This document shows, piece after piece, positions 26,518 to 38,094 of a stretch of DNA of 64,000 nucleotides. Origin of the DNA: Octopus vulgaris. Its lineage: Eukaryota. Location: positions 43,524,001 through 43,588,000 of the forward strand of contig OX597821.1 in assembly GCA_951406725.2 (NCBI GenBank), written 5' to 3'. The notes below the pieces were generated by a model. That model was given only the letters and a program-made list of their open reading frames with translations, had not been told where the DNA came from and did not search any database. The number at the start of each line of letters is the position of its first letter. Positions within the stretch are counted from its first letter, which is position 1. A program made the position numbers and the translations under genes.

Positions 26518-28019
26518 TATGTTGGAAACAACACTTATATTTGGAATTATAATTCTTCTTATATTTCATTAAAGAATAACAACAAAAGATTATGAAGATG
26601 AGAAATGCTGTAGAAAGTATCAAACATGGCCTGCTGATTAATATGGATGCAAGTTTTGATTGTTTGATATACAGGTGTTTTTTTATTAACAACAGCTTGT
26701 CCACATTGTACTAATATAGTTTTAAATAATTTCACTCTCTGCTCACTCTAATAATTTTGTTGATGTATTTACATTATTTGATCATACCAAACTGACGAGT
26801 TTAAATATTCTTATTTTCTGCTATTTTTCTAAAGAATTTTCTTTCAGTTTTGCCCGACATTCTTTTTAAATCAAATTTGTGATTGTACTTTATCAGCATT
26901 AACTAAGTGCGTAGGTTAGTTGAATGGGAGAAGTTTACATAATAACTACTAGTTAACTAAGCCCATTTATTTGCTTGGTAAATGCAAGTTTGAATTTAAA
27001 GTCCAGCATTATATTTTATTGTAGCCTTTTATTAAAAATCTTATTGTATTTTCTATTATGGTTTACACCACACCTCAATACTTTTCAGTTAGACTTCCTC
27101 TTCATTGGAAATGCAAGTGAAAAAGAAGTGTAAAGAATGTGTGTGTAGAACTGTTGTTATTCACTCGACAATGGATTATAATTTGCAACCAGATCCACTT
27201 TCTGTGTTGTATTTTCTATATTTTCCAATATTTCAGTGAATCTATTTTATTGGTGCTGTCTCCCTTGCCTGCTGCATTTTAGATTTTTACATGCCTCTAG
27301 TGGGAGCTTTTACCTATAATTGTTTGGATAATCTCAGTTAATTGAAATTTTTCAGCTCACTATATTAAGTAAATGAAACCCAATATATGTATTTAAAAAA
27401 ATCAGAGTGCACTCAGCTATATTTTATTGATATAATTTCAAGAGCAAGCCAGCAGAATATGTTGGTTATTGTATGATGTAAATTGTATTTAATTTCCCAG
27501 CTAAACAGTCTATCTTTCTGAAGCTGCTCTAGGAAAAAAAAATCGCAATGTACATTTATGTCCTCACTCTTGAATTTTCCAATTTTTTTTAGTAACATAT
27601 TGTATTTGATTCAGATGGTAGCATCTGGCTATTTTTTCAGGCTAATTTGTGCCTGAAGCTCATCAAATAAATACTTGTGAATGATGAAGGTTGATTGAAG
27701 CAACTTCATGTGCTCACTTTCTTTGTAAACTTTAGCACTTCATTCATGATTTAATGCAATATGTTTTATTTGAAAATTGCAGTTACATTCTGTTCTCAGT
27801 AAGCTGTTTGCTTTGAAAATATGTCCATCTTCTGCTAATGAAATGCCTATTGCAGCTGGTCAAGTTGACTGATACTTTGTTTACTATCATCTTTTATATG
27901 AAGTGTCTCTAGCAAAGACACTTAATTTTGAATTGTTCAGAACACTTAGCTGTTAATCAATATTATGATGTGGCATTTAGCTTGCTGCTAAAGGTAACAG
28001 CAAGTGGGCAGGAGCATAT

Positions 28020-28405
28020 ACTCTTTACTCTTTTGTTTCTGTCATTTGACTGTGGCCATGCTGGAGCACCACCTTTAGTTGAGCAGATCGACCCCAGGAC
28101 TTATTCTTTGGAAGCCTAGTATTTATTCTATCGGTCTCTTTTGCCAAACTGCTAAGTTACGGGTACGTAAACACACCAGCATCAGTTGTCAAGCGATATT
28201 GGGGGGGAGAAACACAAACATATACACACACTTACATATATATGACAGGCTTCTTTCAGTTTCCATCTACCAAATCCACTCACAAGGCTTTGGTCGGCCC
28301 GAAGCTATAGTAGAAGACACTTGCCTAAGGTGCCACGCAGTAGGACTGAACCTGGAACCATGTGGTTTGTAAGCAAGCTACTTACCACACAGCCACTCCT
28401 ATGCC
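28020..28405 (-). mobile_element. tRNA-derived CORE-type SINE, full length
   Basis: Closely similar to 58339-58750, with the (AAGAGT)-type tail and an internal (TA/CA)n. Confidence 0.88.
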
Positions 28406-28455
28406 TATATATATATATATGTATGTATGTATATGTATGTATGTATATATATATG

Positions 28456-28486
<31 letters not shown>

Positions 28487-29203
28487 GTATATATATATAT
28501 ATATATAAATAAAACATCAGTTTCAAATTTTGGCATCAGCCCTGCAATTTCAAGGGAGGGATAAGTCGATTATATTGATCTCAGTGCTTAAATGGTACTT
28601 GTTTCATTGAGCTCAAAAGGATGAATGGCAAAATTTTAACCTTGGTGAAATTTGAACTCAGAACGTAAAGCCGGATGAAATACTACTAAGCATTTTGCTC
28701 AGCAAGCTTTTGATGCTCTGACAGAATCCAATGAGCTGGAGGATTGTGTCAACTTCCTGTGATTACATAGGTGTGGTTTCTTTGACTGGGTGCCCTTTCT
28801 AACACCAGTCACCTTACAGAGTGTACTGGGTGCTTTTTATGTGGCATTGGCACCAGTGAGGTCACCAAGTAACTCACAAGATAAAACCCCATGATAAAGA
28901 CAGTGATAAAAGAGTTGGCTTTATGCTAGATGTTGAGAAGCCTTTGTAAATGGACGTCATTGTCATACAAGCAAAGTTGTTCATTTCCAGTCTTTTGTGA
29001 AAAACGTGTCTGGCTATGATTGCAGTCTAATGGCTGAAACAAGTAAAATACACACACATGTGCACAAACAGTTTCGTGTATAATAGATACAGGCACAGTT
29101 GCATGGCTAAGAAGTTTGCTTCTCAACCACAAGTTTTCATGTTCAGCCCTTAGATATATATATATATATATATATAATGCGCTTTGTATAGTCTCTGTCT
29201 GCC

Positions 29204-29237
<34 letters not shown>

Positions 29238-29248
<11 letters not shown>

Positions 29249-29397
29249 ATTCGAGACAAAACCACTATTTTAAAACCAAACAAGGAAAGACTTAATCAAT
29301 ACATAAAATTTTAATTTATATTAAAATTTTATGTATTGATTAAGTCTTTCCTTGTTTGGTTTTAAAATAGTGGTTTTGTCTCGAATTATATTATATA
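29238..29397. repeat. Perfect palindrome with 78-bp arms and a 4-nt spacer
   Basis: 29238-29315 is the exact reverse complement of 29320-29397. Flanked by (TA)n. Confidence 0.93.
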
Positions 29398-30362
29398 ATA
29401 TTTTACTATAAAATTGGATTTAACCCTAAATCTGATTTTTTCCCTGTAATTTTGGATTCATTCCCTAATATTTATTATATATATATATATATATATATAC
29501 ATATGCACCTATATCATCATTTAACATCCGTTCTATGTTGGCATGGGTCAGATGGAATTTGTTGAAGGAGATTTTCTACAACTCGATGCCCTTCCTGTTG
29601 TCAATCTTCACCTGTTTTCAAGCACACTAATATTTCTTCTTAGCCAGACATTTTTCACAAAAGACTAGAAACAAACAACCTTGCTTGTATGATGATGATA
29701 CCCATTTATAAACATCATCATATGATGTTTGACAAGGGTTCACTCACACACATTATATGTGTGTATATATAAATAATGGAGTAGGAATGCCTATATGTGT
29801 CTTGTCTACACCCTACATGCTTCACATACAAAAATATACCCACTGATCTATACAATGATGTTGTTCCTTATGAACAGATCCTTTCCTGGCTCTACCTTCA
29901 AAGACATGGAATAAAACGTCCCATACTTGAAACCAGGTAAGTCTTAGTAACAGGGAGGGCATGCAGCTCAAAATATATACATGTAACCCATTCTGGTATG
30001 GAGCAACATACCTCTACTTGTCCCTCTATTGTATTTTAGCCTCTCAGCATCTAGCATAAAACCACCTCCCTTAATCCTAAGAATAAAATATAGACCAAAT
30101 TAGAAAAGAAAGAGTTTAGTACATCTTTAATGACCAGTTGCAATTGTTTTGGTATCACTTTGTTTTTAACGCCATTGTGAAAAAGTTACATATTTGCAGT
30201 TTTAATCACTAGAGTGGCATTAAGTGCAAATATTATATAACTTAGCACAGAGAACTTCTGTGTGTGATGGCTTTAAAAAGTGGCACAGAATAAATTGCAA
30301 CTGATCATTTAAAATGTGCTAAATGCATTGTCTTCTTACTTGGAATTTTCAATATATGTGTG

Positions 30363-30520
30363 CAGGCATGGTTGTGCCATGAGAAGCTTGATTCCCAACC
30401 ACATGGTTCTGGGTTCAGTCCCACTGCATGGACCTTGGGTAAGAGCCTTCTGCTCTAGCCCCAGGCCAACCAAAGCCTTGTGAGTGGAATTGATACACAG
30501 GAACTGAAAGAAGCCCATCA

Positions 30521-30564
<44 letters not shown>

Positions 30565-30715
30565 GGTGTGTATGTTTGTCCCTCTACCACTGCTTAACCA
30601 GTGTTGGTATGTTTACATCCCCATAGCTTGGCAGTTCAGCAAAAAGACCACTAGAACAAGTACAAGGCTTAAAAGAAATAAGTACTAGGGTCAATTCATA
30701 TGACAAAATTCTTTC
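30363..30715 (+). mobile_element. tRNA-derived CORE-type SINE
   Basis: Same family as 58339-58750 in + orientation. Confidence 0.8.
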
Positions 30716-30888
30716 AGTTCCTGTCTACCAGGATTTTGCACACCAGCAGATTAGTCTTCACCAAGACTCCAATTCAGGAGTCTAGATAGCCTTGAGTTTG
30801 GGTTGAATGGCTCATTGAAAATACTTGGATGCTCTATCTTTTCAGGACCATTTTATGTACACATACCCACACACACATATATTTGTTT

Positions 30889-31077
30889 ACATGCGGTTAT
30901 ATATATGTTTGGTCATAGAGTGACCAATGGTTTTGCATCCATAAAGCACTTCGCTTTATGGACAATTCTTCAGACTCTTTAAGATTCAGGTCTGATGAGT
31001 TGTTCATAGAGCTAAGCACTTTATGGATGTGAGACTATTGGTCACTCTAGGACCAAGACATACATTTAACTGCATGT
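30889..31077. repeat. Imperfect foldback (about 87-bp arms) in which each arm holds a hammerhead-ribozyme-like motif
   Basis: Minus strand 30917-30978: AGAGT CTGAAGA [ATTGTCCATAAAGC GAAGT GCTTTATGGATGC] AAAA CCATTGG TC ACTCT. Plus strand 30989-31047: CTGATGA ... GAGA CTATTGG TC AC. Confidence 0.75.
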
Positions 31078-31473
31078 GAATACATTACTGCTTTATACTT
31101 TGGAGTGTACTTCTTTTTCAGATATATGATCCACTGACAAATTATATATATATATACACACACACACACACATTCACTAAACATTTTTCACACTTCCATG
31201 TAAAATGCACATTCTGATTTTGGGGCCTAAAACATCTTAAATCCGTTATAATACCATCTACTATATACTTTCTTCTTGGTTTCAACGATAAAATAAACGG
31301 TACATTTTATGGAGTTTTATGGTGTATCTGAGAGCTACAAAACACCTTTTGGTTATATAATCAAGTGTTTTGTACTTCTCAGATGAGAACCTTGCTACGT
31401 AAAGCTGAGATGTTCCATGATATTGGACATATTCAATATTTATCACTGAAATCAAATGTTCTGTGATATTAGA

Positions 31474-31723
31474 CATCATCATCATCATCGTTTAACGTCC
31501 GCTTTCCATGCTAGCATGGATTGGATGGTTCAACTGGGGTCTGGGAAGCCCAAAGGCTGCACCAGGCCAGTCAGATCTGGCAGTGTTTTTACAGCTGGAT
31601 GCCTTTCCTAACGCCAACCACTCCGTGAGTGTAGTGGGTGCTTTTTATGTGCCACCAACACAGGTGCCAGAAGAGGCTGGCGAACGGCCACGCTCGGATG
31701 GTGTTTGTTACGTGCCACCAGCA
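31474..31723 (-). mobile_element. RTE-tail repeat (RTE LINE 3' UTR or RTE-mobilised SINE) with (GAT)n tail
   Basis: Homologous to 53715-54048 and 61663-61991 (TGGCGTTAGGAAAGGCATCCAGCTGTAAAAAC...CATGCTAGCATGGAAAGCGGACGTTAAACGATGATG). More decayed copies lie near 15840-16080, 28730-28860, 33330-33530, 35080-35342 and 52075-52270. Confidence 0.8.
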
Positions 31724-31844
31724 TATAAATGATATTCTGTTTATCTCAACTCATAGTTAGATTTTAGTTACTCTAAAAGAAATGATACTTAGATACAATT
31801 TTTAAAAAACTTATAATAAAACTGCTGTTGCTATTAGAGTAACA

Positions 31845-32985
31845 ATAATAATAATTATTCTTTCAAACTTTGGCAAAAAGCCAGCAAATTTAGTGGAAAA
31901 GTAAATAGGTTATATCATCCTCAGTACTTGACTGGTACTTCATTTTATTGATCCCAAAAGGATGAAAGGTAAAGTTGATTTTGGTGTGACTTGAATTAAG
32001 ATTGTAAAGAGCTGGAAGAAATGCTGCCAAGCATTTTGTCTGCCGGCTTGCTGCCTTAATTATGATAATAATAACAATACTTTCTACTAAAGGCACAAGG
32101 CCTGAAATTTTGGGAAAGGGCACTAGTTGATTAGATCAATGCTAGTGTTTCACTGGTACTTAATTTATCGACCTTGGAATTTGAACTCAGGACATAGTGA
32201 CAGGTGAAATACCGCTAAGCATTTCATCCAGTGTGCTAATGATTCTGCCAGCTCGCCACTTTCTTAATAATAATAATAAGGCCTGAAATTTTGTGGGGGG
32301 GGGGGGGAGAAAGTCAATCACATTGACCCCAGTACTTGATTGGTACTTAAATTACCAACCCCAAAAGGATGAAAGGCAAAGTCGATCTTGGCGGAATATG
32401 AACTCGGATTGTAAAGACGGACAAATTGCTGCTAAGCATTTTGCCCGGCATGCTAACAATTCTGCTAGCTTGCCACCTTAGATAATAATAATAAAAATTC
32501 TTTCAAATTTTGGTACAAGGTCAGTAATTTCAGGAAAGGATAAGTTTGTTGCATCAACCCTGGTACTTATTTCATTGATCCTGAAAGGATGAAAGGCAAA
32601 GTTGAGCATGACACATCTTGAATTCAGAACGTGAAGACAGACAAAATGCTACTAAGCATTTCACTCTGCATGCAAAAAATTCGGTCAGTTTGCTGTCTTA
32701 ATGTTACATCAAAGCTCACAGTGAGAATTGAACTCGCAATCCCTGGTTTACAAGACCAGTGCTCTAACCTCTCAGTTATGGAGGCTTAAAATAATAACAA
32801 TTATAATTCTTTATTGTTAAGGCACAAGGCCAACAATTTTGAGGGGAAAATTGAAATTTGATAACACCAACCCCGAAGTCAACATTAGTGGAATTTGAAC
32901 TAAAAACATAATGAATCAGAAGAAATGCCACTAAGCATTTTGCCTTATGTGGTAATAATTTTGCGAGCATGCTGCATTATTAATA
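31845..32985 (-). mobile_element. Cluster of about five co-oriented tRNA-SINE copies (Meta/MESC-like domain) separated by (TAA)n
   Basis: Repeated CCAAAAGGATGAAAGGCAAAGTCGA and CTAAGCATTT..CC units, homologous to 50363-50588. Further copies lie near 6540-6660, 14370-14570, 28520-28710 and 34735-34940. The domain name is assigned from memory of the consensus. Confidence 0.8.
32713..32785 (-). pseudogene. tRNA-Thr(TGT) pseudogene
   Basis: Minus strand GCCTCCATAACTGAGAGGTTAGAGCACTGGTCTTGTAAACCAGGGATTGCGAGTTCAATTCTCACTGTGAGCT. The anticodon arm CTGGT-CTTGTAA-ACCAG is intact, but the acceptor and D stems carry mismatches and only TTT follows. Confidence 0.82.
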
Positions 32986-35399
32986 ATAATAACGTGAGGG
33001 CAAAAATGGTAAAATACCAAGTCTGTTGATGGTATTCTATATTAATTTATTATGTTTAACAAATGTAAATTAAGATTGGCCTTCATATAACTGTAAACCA
33101 TTTCCAGGGATTTATATGAAATACAGGAACAATCTCATTAATTGGCTCATGTAAACATTACCTAAAATTGTATCTCAGACTTACAGAGAGGTGAGGTAAT
33201 GAAGTGTGATATTTACCTTGTTCCATTGAAGTTGAGAAAGTGAAATATATGTAGCCATGAACTGAAACCGAATTGGTTTATCAATCTCTATGAATACAAT
33301 AAAATACATTTGGAGTTTTTTTTTGTTTTTGTCATCATCATTTTACATCTGCTTTCTGTGCTGGCATAGGTCAGATGGATCATTACTGTCTGAGTCATCT
33401 CCTATCAGGAGCTACATCTCCCAAAGACTTGATGCTTGTAGGTGTTATTTGGCTTGGCCTCTCTGGCTAGGTGCTTTTTCTTCTCACCAACTGCTTTACT
33501 GAGTGTATTTGATGCATTTTCTCACAGCACCAACTCTAGGTAGTCAGAATTAGAGGGAGCTTATAACCTTAAACTTTGCTTATTTAACCAGTCATTTTAC
33601 AGTGAGAAAGTTAGTGTTTGTGTGTGTGGAGCAGAGTCTTGTGCACAGTAAATATAAATTTGGAAAACAATGGTGACAGAAGGGCTAGAAATGAGTATTA
33701 GAGAAGTGGGGATTAGGGAAGTATACTAATATTTCAACTCTGTTTAGTTATTGACCTTTACAAAGCTCAAATGTTACCTTTGTAGGAGTTCTGCTTTCAG
33801 ACGCTTATTGGTGAAGACTTACTCACCAACATATGACAATCAACTTCCTATAAATAAACTGGTTGGTTTCTTTTTCTTTTTCTTTTCATATATTTTTATT
33901 ACCTTTTTTTTTTACAATGGTGACTACTGCATATCTGAATTAGTCAGCTCCATACCACTTTGCAATAAAGACAATCCTTTTCCTCCAAAGAATGTATACC
34001 TCTGCAATTTCTTCTCTGTCCGTTTTTTTTTTTCTTTTCTAAGTGTTGATCTATAGAAATTCAGATACATCTAATTGTACTGATCACTTTGTGTCCACTG
34101 GGAATGCCTACAAGTGAACATAGGCACTCCTTAACTTCTCTGTGTCTACCAGAGATGCCTACAGTGGCCATGGGTACTTCTGGTCTTCTCCTTTTTACCA
34201 CTAGAAATGCCTACAGAGGTCCATAGATGTTACCTCCCCCACAAAAATTACATACATTCTAACAAACAGTCAGTAATCCTCCAACTAACAATAAGTTTTT
34301 TTTAAGGCTATTTCTAGGTTAGTTTAGCCTAGAAATGTCAAACTGGAAATGAACATTACAAGATTAAATTATTTTGTTGTGAGGAAGAAGAGAAGTTTTA
34401 ACCTTTCACTATTGAAGTAACTTATTTCATCATAAGGTTTGTATATTTTTTGCTGAGGTAGTCCATCCCTGGTTCCTTTCATTCCACTGTTTCAGTTTAA
34501 AAAATTGAAACCACCTACATATTTTATTGTTTGAAAACACATTTTTTTAGTGGTTGTAAAATTAACTTGTTAGTCTGCTGGTCACAGGCATAAGTTCAAA
34601 TTTTGTTACAGCTACTATTTTGACCTTTTAGAAAAGATACTTGTTACACTGCTGGGCTCTTTCCTAACTAATAACCTGTTACTTGTTTTAGAACAACTTC
34701 TATAAGGCTTTTCTAATATAGTTAGACCTATCAAAGTGGTGAGCTGATTGCATTGTTAGAGCCTTAGTAAAAATATCTTGCAATATTTCTTTCTGCATTT
34801 TGAGTTCAAATCCTACCAAGGTCTACTTTGCTGTTCTTCTTCCCAGGTCTATAAAATCAAATACCAGTGAAGTACTTGGGTCAATAGCATCAACTAACTC
34901 CTTCCTCTTAAACCTGCTGGTATTCTGCCTAAATTAGGAACCATTATATAGTCAGACCTGTTAGACTTTCATTTGTGCATAGACTAGACTAACCTTGTGG
35001 TATTTTACTTCACTTCACTCCATTCTGAATTTAATTCTCACTGAGGTTAACTTACACATGGGTGTCAATAAAATAAGCATGTAAAAAGCATTGGTGTGTG
35101 TGTTGGTTCCATTTAAAAAAGCACTGATGCTGGTTCCACGTAAAAAAGCACTCATGATGGTGCCATGTAAAAAGCACCCAGTACATTCTGTAGAGTGGTT
35201 GCCATTAGGAAGGTCATCTAGCCATAGCAACCAAGTCGTAACAGATTATGGAACCTGATGCAGCCCCTGGCCTTGCCAGTTCCTGTCAAGCCATCCAACC
35301 CATGCCAGTATGGAAAACAGACATTAAATGGTGATGATGATGACACATATGATGGATTAATTTAATATTTTGATTATGTGGTTGTTAATTTTGTTTTTG

Positions 35400-37066
35400 C
35401 TTAAAAGCTGAAACCATAACACAAATACAAATAACAGGATATAACAACAGTTGTCTTTCGACTAAGGGCGAATTTAATTAAGCTGGCATGTGTGGAAGTA
35501 AAGCCTTATGGCAGGGACATGGGATTTAACAAGCACAGGAAGGAATAGATGTTGCACAGACAGTAGTCCAATCAAGAGAGAAAGGTCAGGCCTGGCCGAT
35601 CACCGGTCATGTGGGGAGAGAAGAATTAAGGAGGGGCGAGAAAAAAGTGAAAGTGACACAGTGAAGAGAAAGAGGGAAAGTGAGCATGAAGGGAAGGCCA
35701 AGAAATGTGAGAGGGGGAATGAAAGAATGAAGAGAGGAATGAATGAAGTGTAAAAGGGCTGAAAGAAAGAATGAAAGAATACAAAGAACAATAGAGTCGT
35801 ACAAAATTTATATATATATACTTTCATATAAGAGACCAAAGTGTATGTATGCCGCTATATTTTATATATAAAAAATTCACTTATATATATGTATATATAT
35901 ATGTGTGTGTATGTATATCTACTACATATGTGGAAATTTGATGTATGTTTGTTAGTGGCATTGTTAGCTAACGCCTACATCGTTTTATTGATTTTGATGA
36001 AAATTGACATAGTAGTAGTACTCATGTATGGAAACCTTGTGACATACGTAGATTGTTGAAAAAATCGATAATACAGTCCCTGGAAGGGACCTTTATATTT
36101 ACCTCATATTACTAATATTTTTAAACACCCAAGGGAAATAACCTGTAGCTCCTGTACAATATTTTTTTTTAAACACTCAAGGGAAATAAACCATTTCAGT
36201 GTTTATGTTTGATTACTTTGAATATTGATTTTTTTGTGTGGCCTATTTCTAATTTTTGCAGAAAATATCACTTTTATACTTTATTTGACATTTGAGTAGA
36301 ACTCATGTCTGGAAACCTTGTGACATACTTAGATTGTTGAAAAAAGTTGATAATAGGGCCCTTCCAATGGATCCTTCTATCTACTACATATTACTAATGT
36401 TTTATTTAAACAACCCAAGGGAAATAACCCATACCACCTGCAGATTTTAGCGAAGCAATCAATATTTGATTCTCATGATCAGCTGACCTAATTCTGCATT
36501 TCACTACTCACAGTTTTGAACTGCTAAATATTATTATTGCACTTCCTTAATTTGAATCTTAAACATTAAAGACTTCATTCATACATTTCTATACATACAT
36601 ACTTTTTTGAATGCCATTACTCTGATAATTCTGCATTTTTACAGTTACACTTTTTCCGTGACAGTAGATAGATTTTTTTACAATGTATTTGTAGTGGCTT
36701 CATACAGGCATAGCGTGGATTCGATCCTCAATTACCAAATTTCATTTAACACTTGAACAGCACTTTTCTCACGGTAAAACAATAGTTATTCTTTGAATGA
36801 TAGCAGTTATACATCACTAAGCAGAATAATGTCTTTGCCTCTTGCCAACCTCTGATAACCTCTCTCACCAACCTCCGACATTCTTTCTCGCCAACTTCCG
36901 AAAACCTCTCTTGCCAACCTCCAACAATCTCTCCCTCCTCCAGCTGACGGAAAATACACCATTTGTGGCAGTTATAACGAAATTGGTTTCTTATATCAAA
37001 ATAATAATAATAAGGTGTTTCAATAGAACATCTTTACCCCCGGGAATTACCGGGTACACCAGCTAG
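35400..37066 (+). mobile_element. Non-autonomous Helitron-like element (3' end certain, 5' boundary uncertain)
   Basis: 3' hairpin CCCGG-gaatta-CCGGG (37039-37054), then CTAG (37063-37066) followed by T. Internal direct repeat of about 130 bp at about 36020-36145 and 36300-36430. Confidence 0.6.
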
Positions 37067-37135
37067 TATATATATATATACTATTTCTACTAAGTTCAGT
37101 ATGTGGCAAAGTAATTTATTTTACTAAGCCCTAAT

Positions 37136-37188
<53 letters not shown>

Positions 37189-38055
37189 TGTGTGTGTGCC
37201 TTTGTATATGTGTTTGTCCCTCATCACTACTTGACAACTGGTGCCATTGTGTTTGCATTGCCATCACTTAGTGGTTTGGCAAAAGAGAATGATAGAATAA
37301 GTATCAGGCTTTAGAGAATAATCCTGGCGTCAGTTTGTTCAACTAAAATTCTTCCAGCATGGCCACAGCCTAATGACTGAGACAAGTAAAAAGATATGCT
37401 TAAACAGATGGGGTGATCAGAGCTGACTCGGAGTTAAACAACAACAACAACAGCAACAACTAATATGTGTCTCGGTGGAAAAAGAAAAATCTCTATTTTA
37501 GTATGTAAATGGTTTTAAAATAGAAATTATTGCAAAAGACATATAGAATAAGAAACCATTAAAATTTGATACATGATTTTCCTTCTCTCCTTCTTTCTTT
37601 CTTTCCGTTTTTATGTCATTCACTTCAAAGCCATCCCACCTCCTTCTTCCTTCCTTCCTCGCTTGTTTTCTCCATCATTCAATGGCAATTTCTGTCTATT
37701 TTCTTGTCTGACATTAATCTCTGTTTTTTGCTGCCTCTTGTGTATCTAATGGAAACACACACGCACAAACACACACACACACACACACACACACATGCAG
37801 CCTAGATTAGACAGACATTGGTGTGTGACTGACCACCTTTAGTCACCTGTTCACATGCAGTGACATAACACTCAAGTGTTGTTAATCTGTGAGTCAAATA
37901 CTGACATGTATTTAAGAATGTCTGCTGACCCTATTTAAATATGTTCAAATTTATCAGGCAAATGTTGTCTCAAAATTGTTTAGCCACTGGTCAGTCCTGA
38001 TTGAGCAGACTAATGGTTAAAGGTGTTCTTGACTGACCATACTAATGATTGAAAG

Positions 38056-38094
38056 TGTATTAGGGTGAGCAAAAAGTAAGCTCACCCTAATACA
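38056..38094. mobile_element. Minimal mariner MITE relic (two fused TIR ends)
   Basis: TGTATTAGGGTGAGC-AAAAAGTAA-GCTCACCCTAATACA. Resembles Hsmar1/Made1-type TIRs with TA duplication. Confidence 0.6.

Noticed and set aside
32713-32785. Functional tRNA-Thr
   Set aside because: The acceptor and D stems are mispaired and the terminator is weak.
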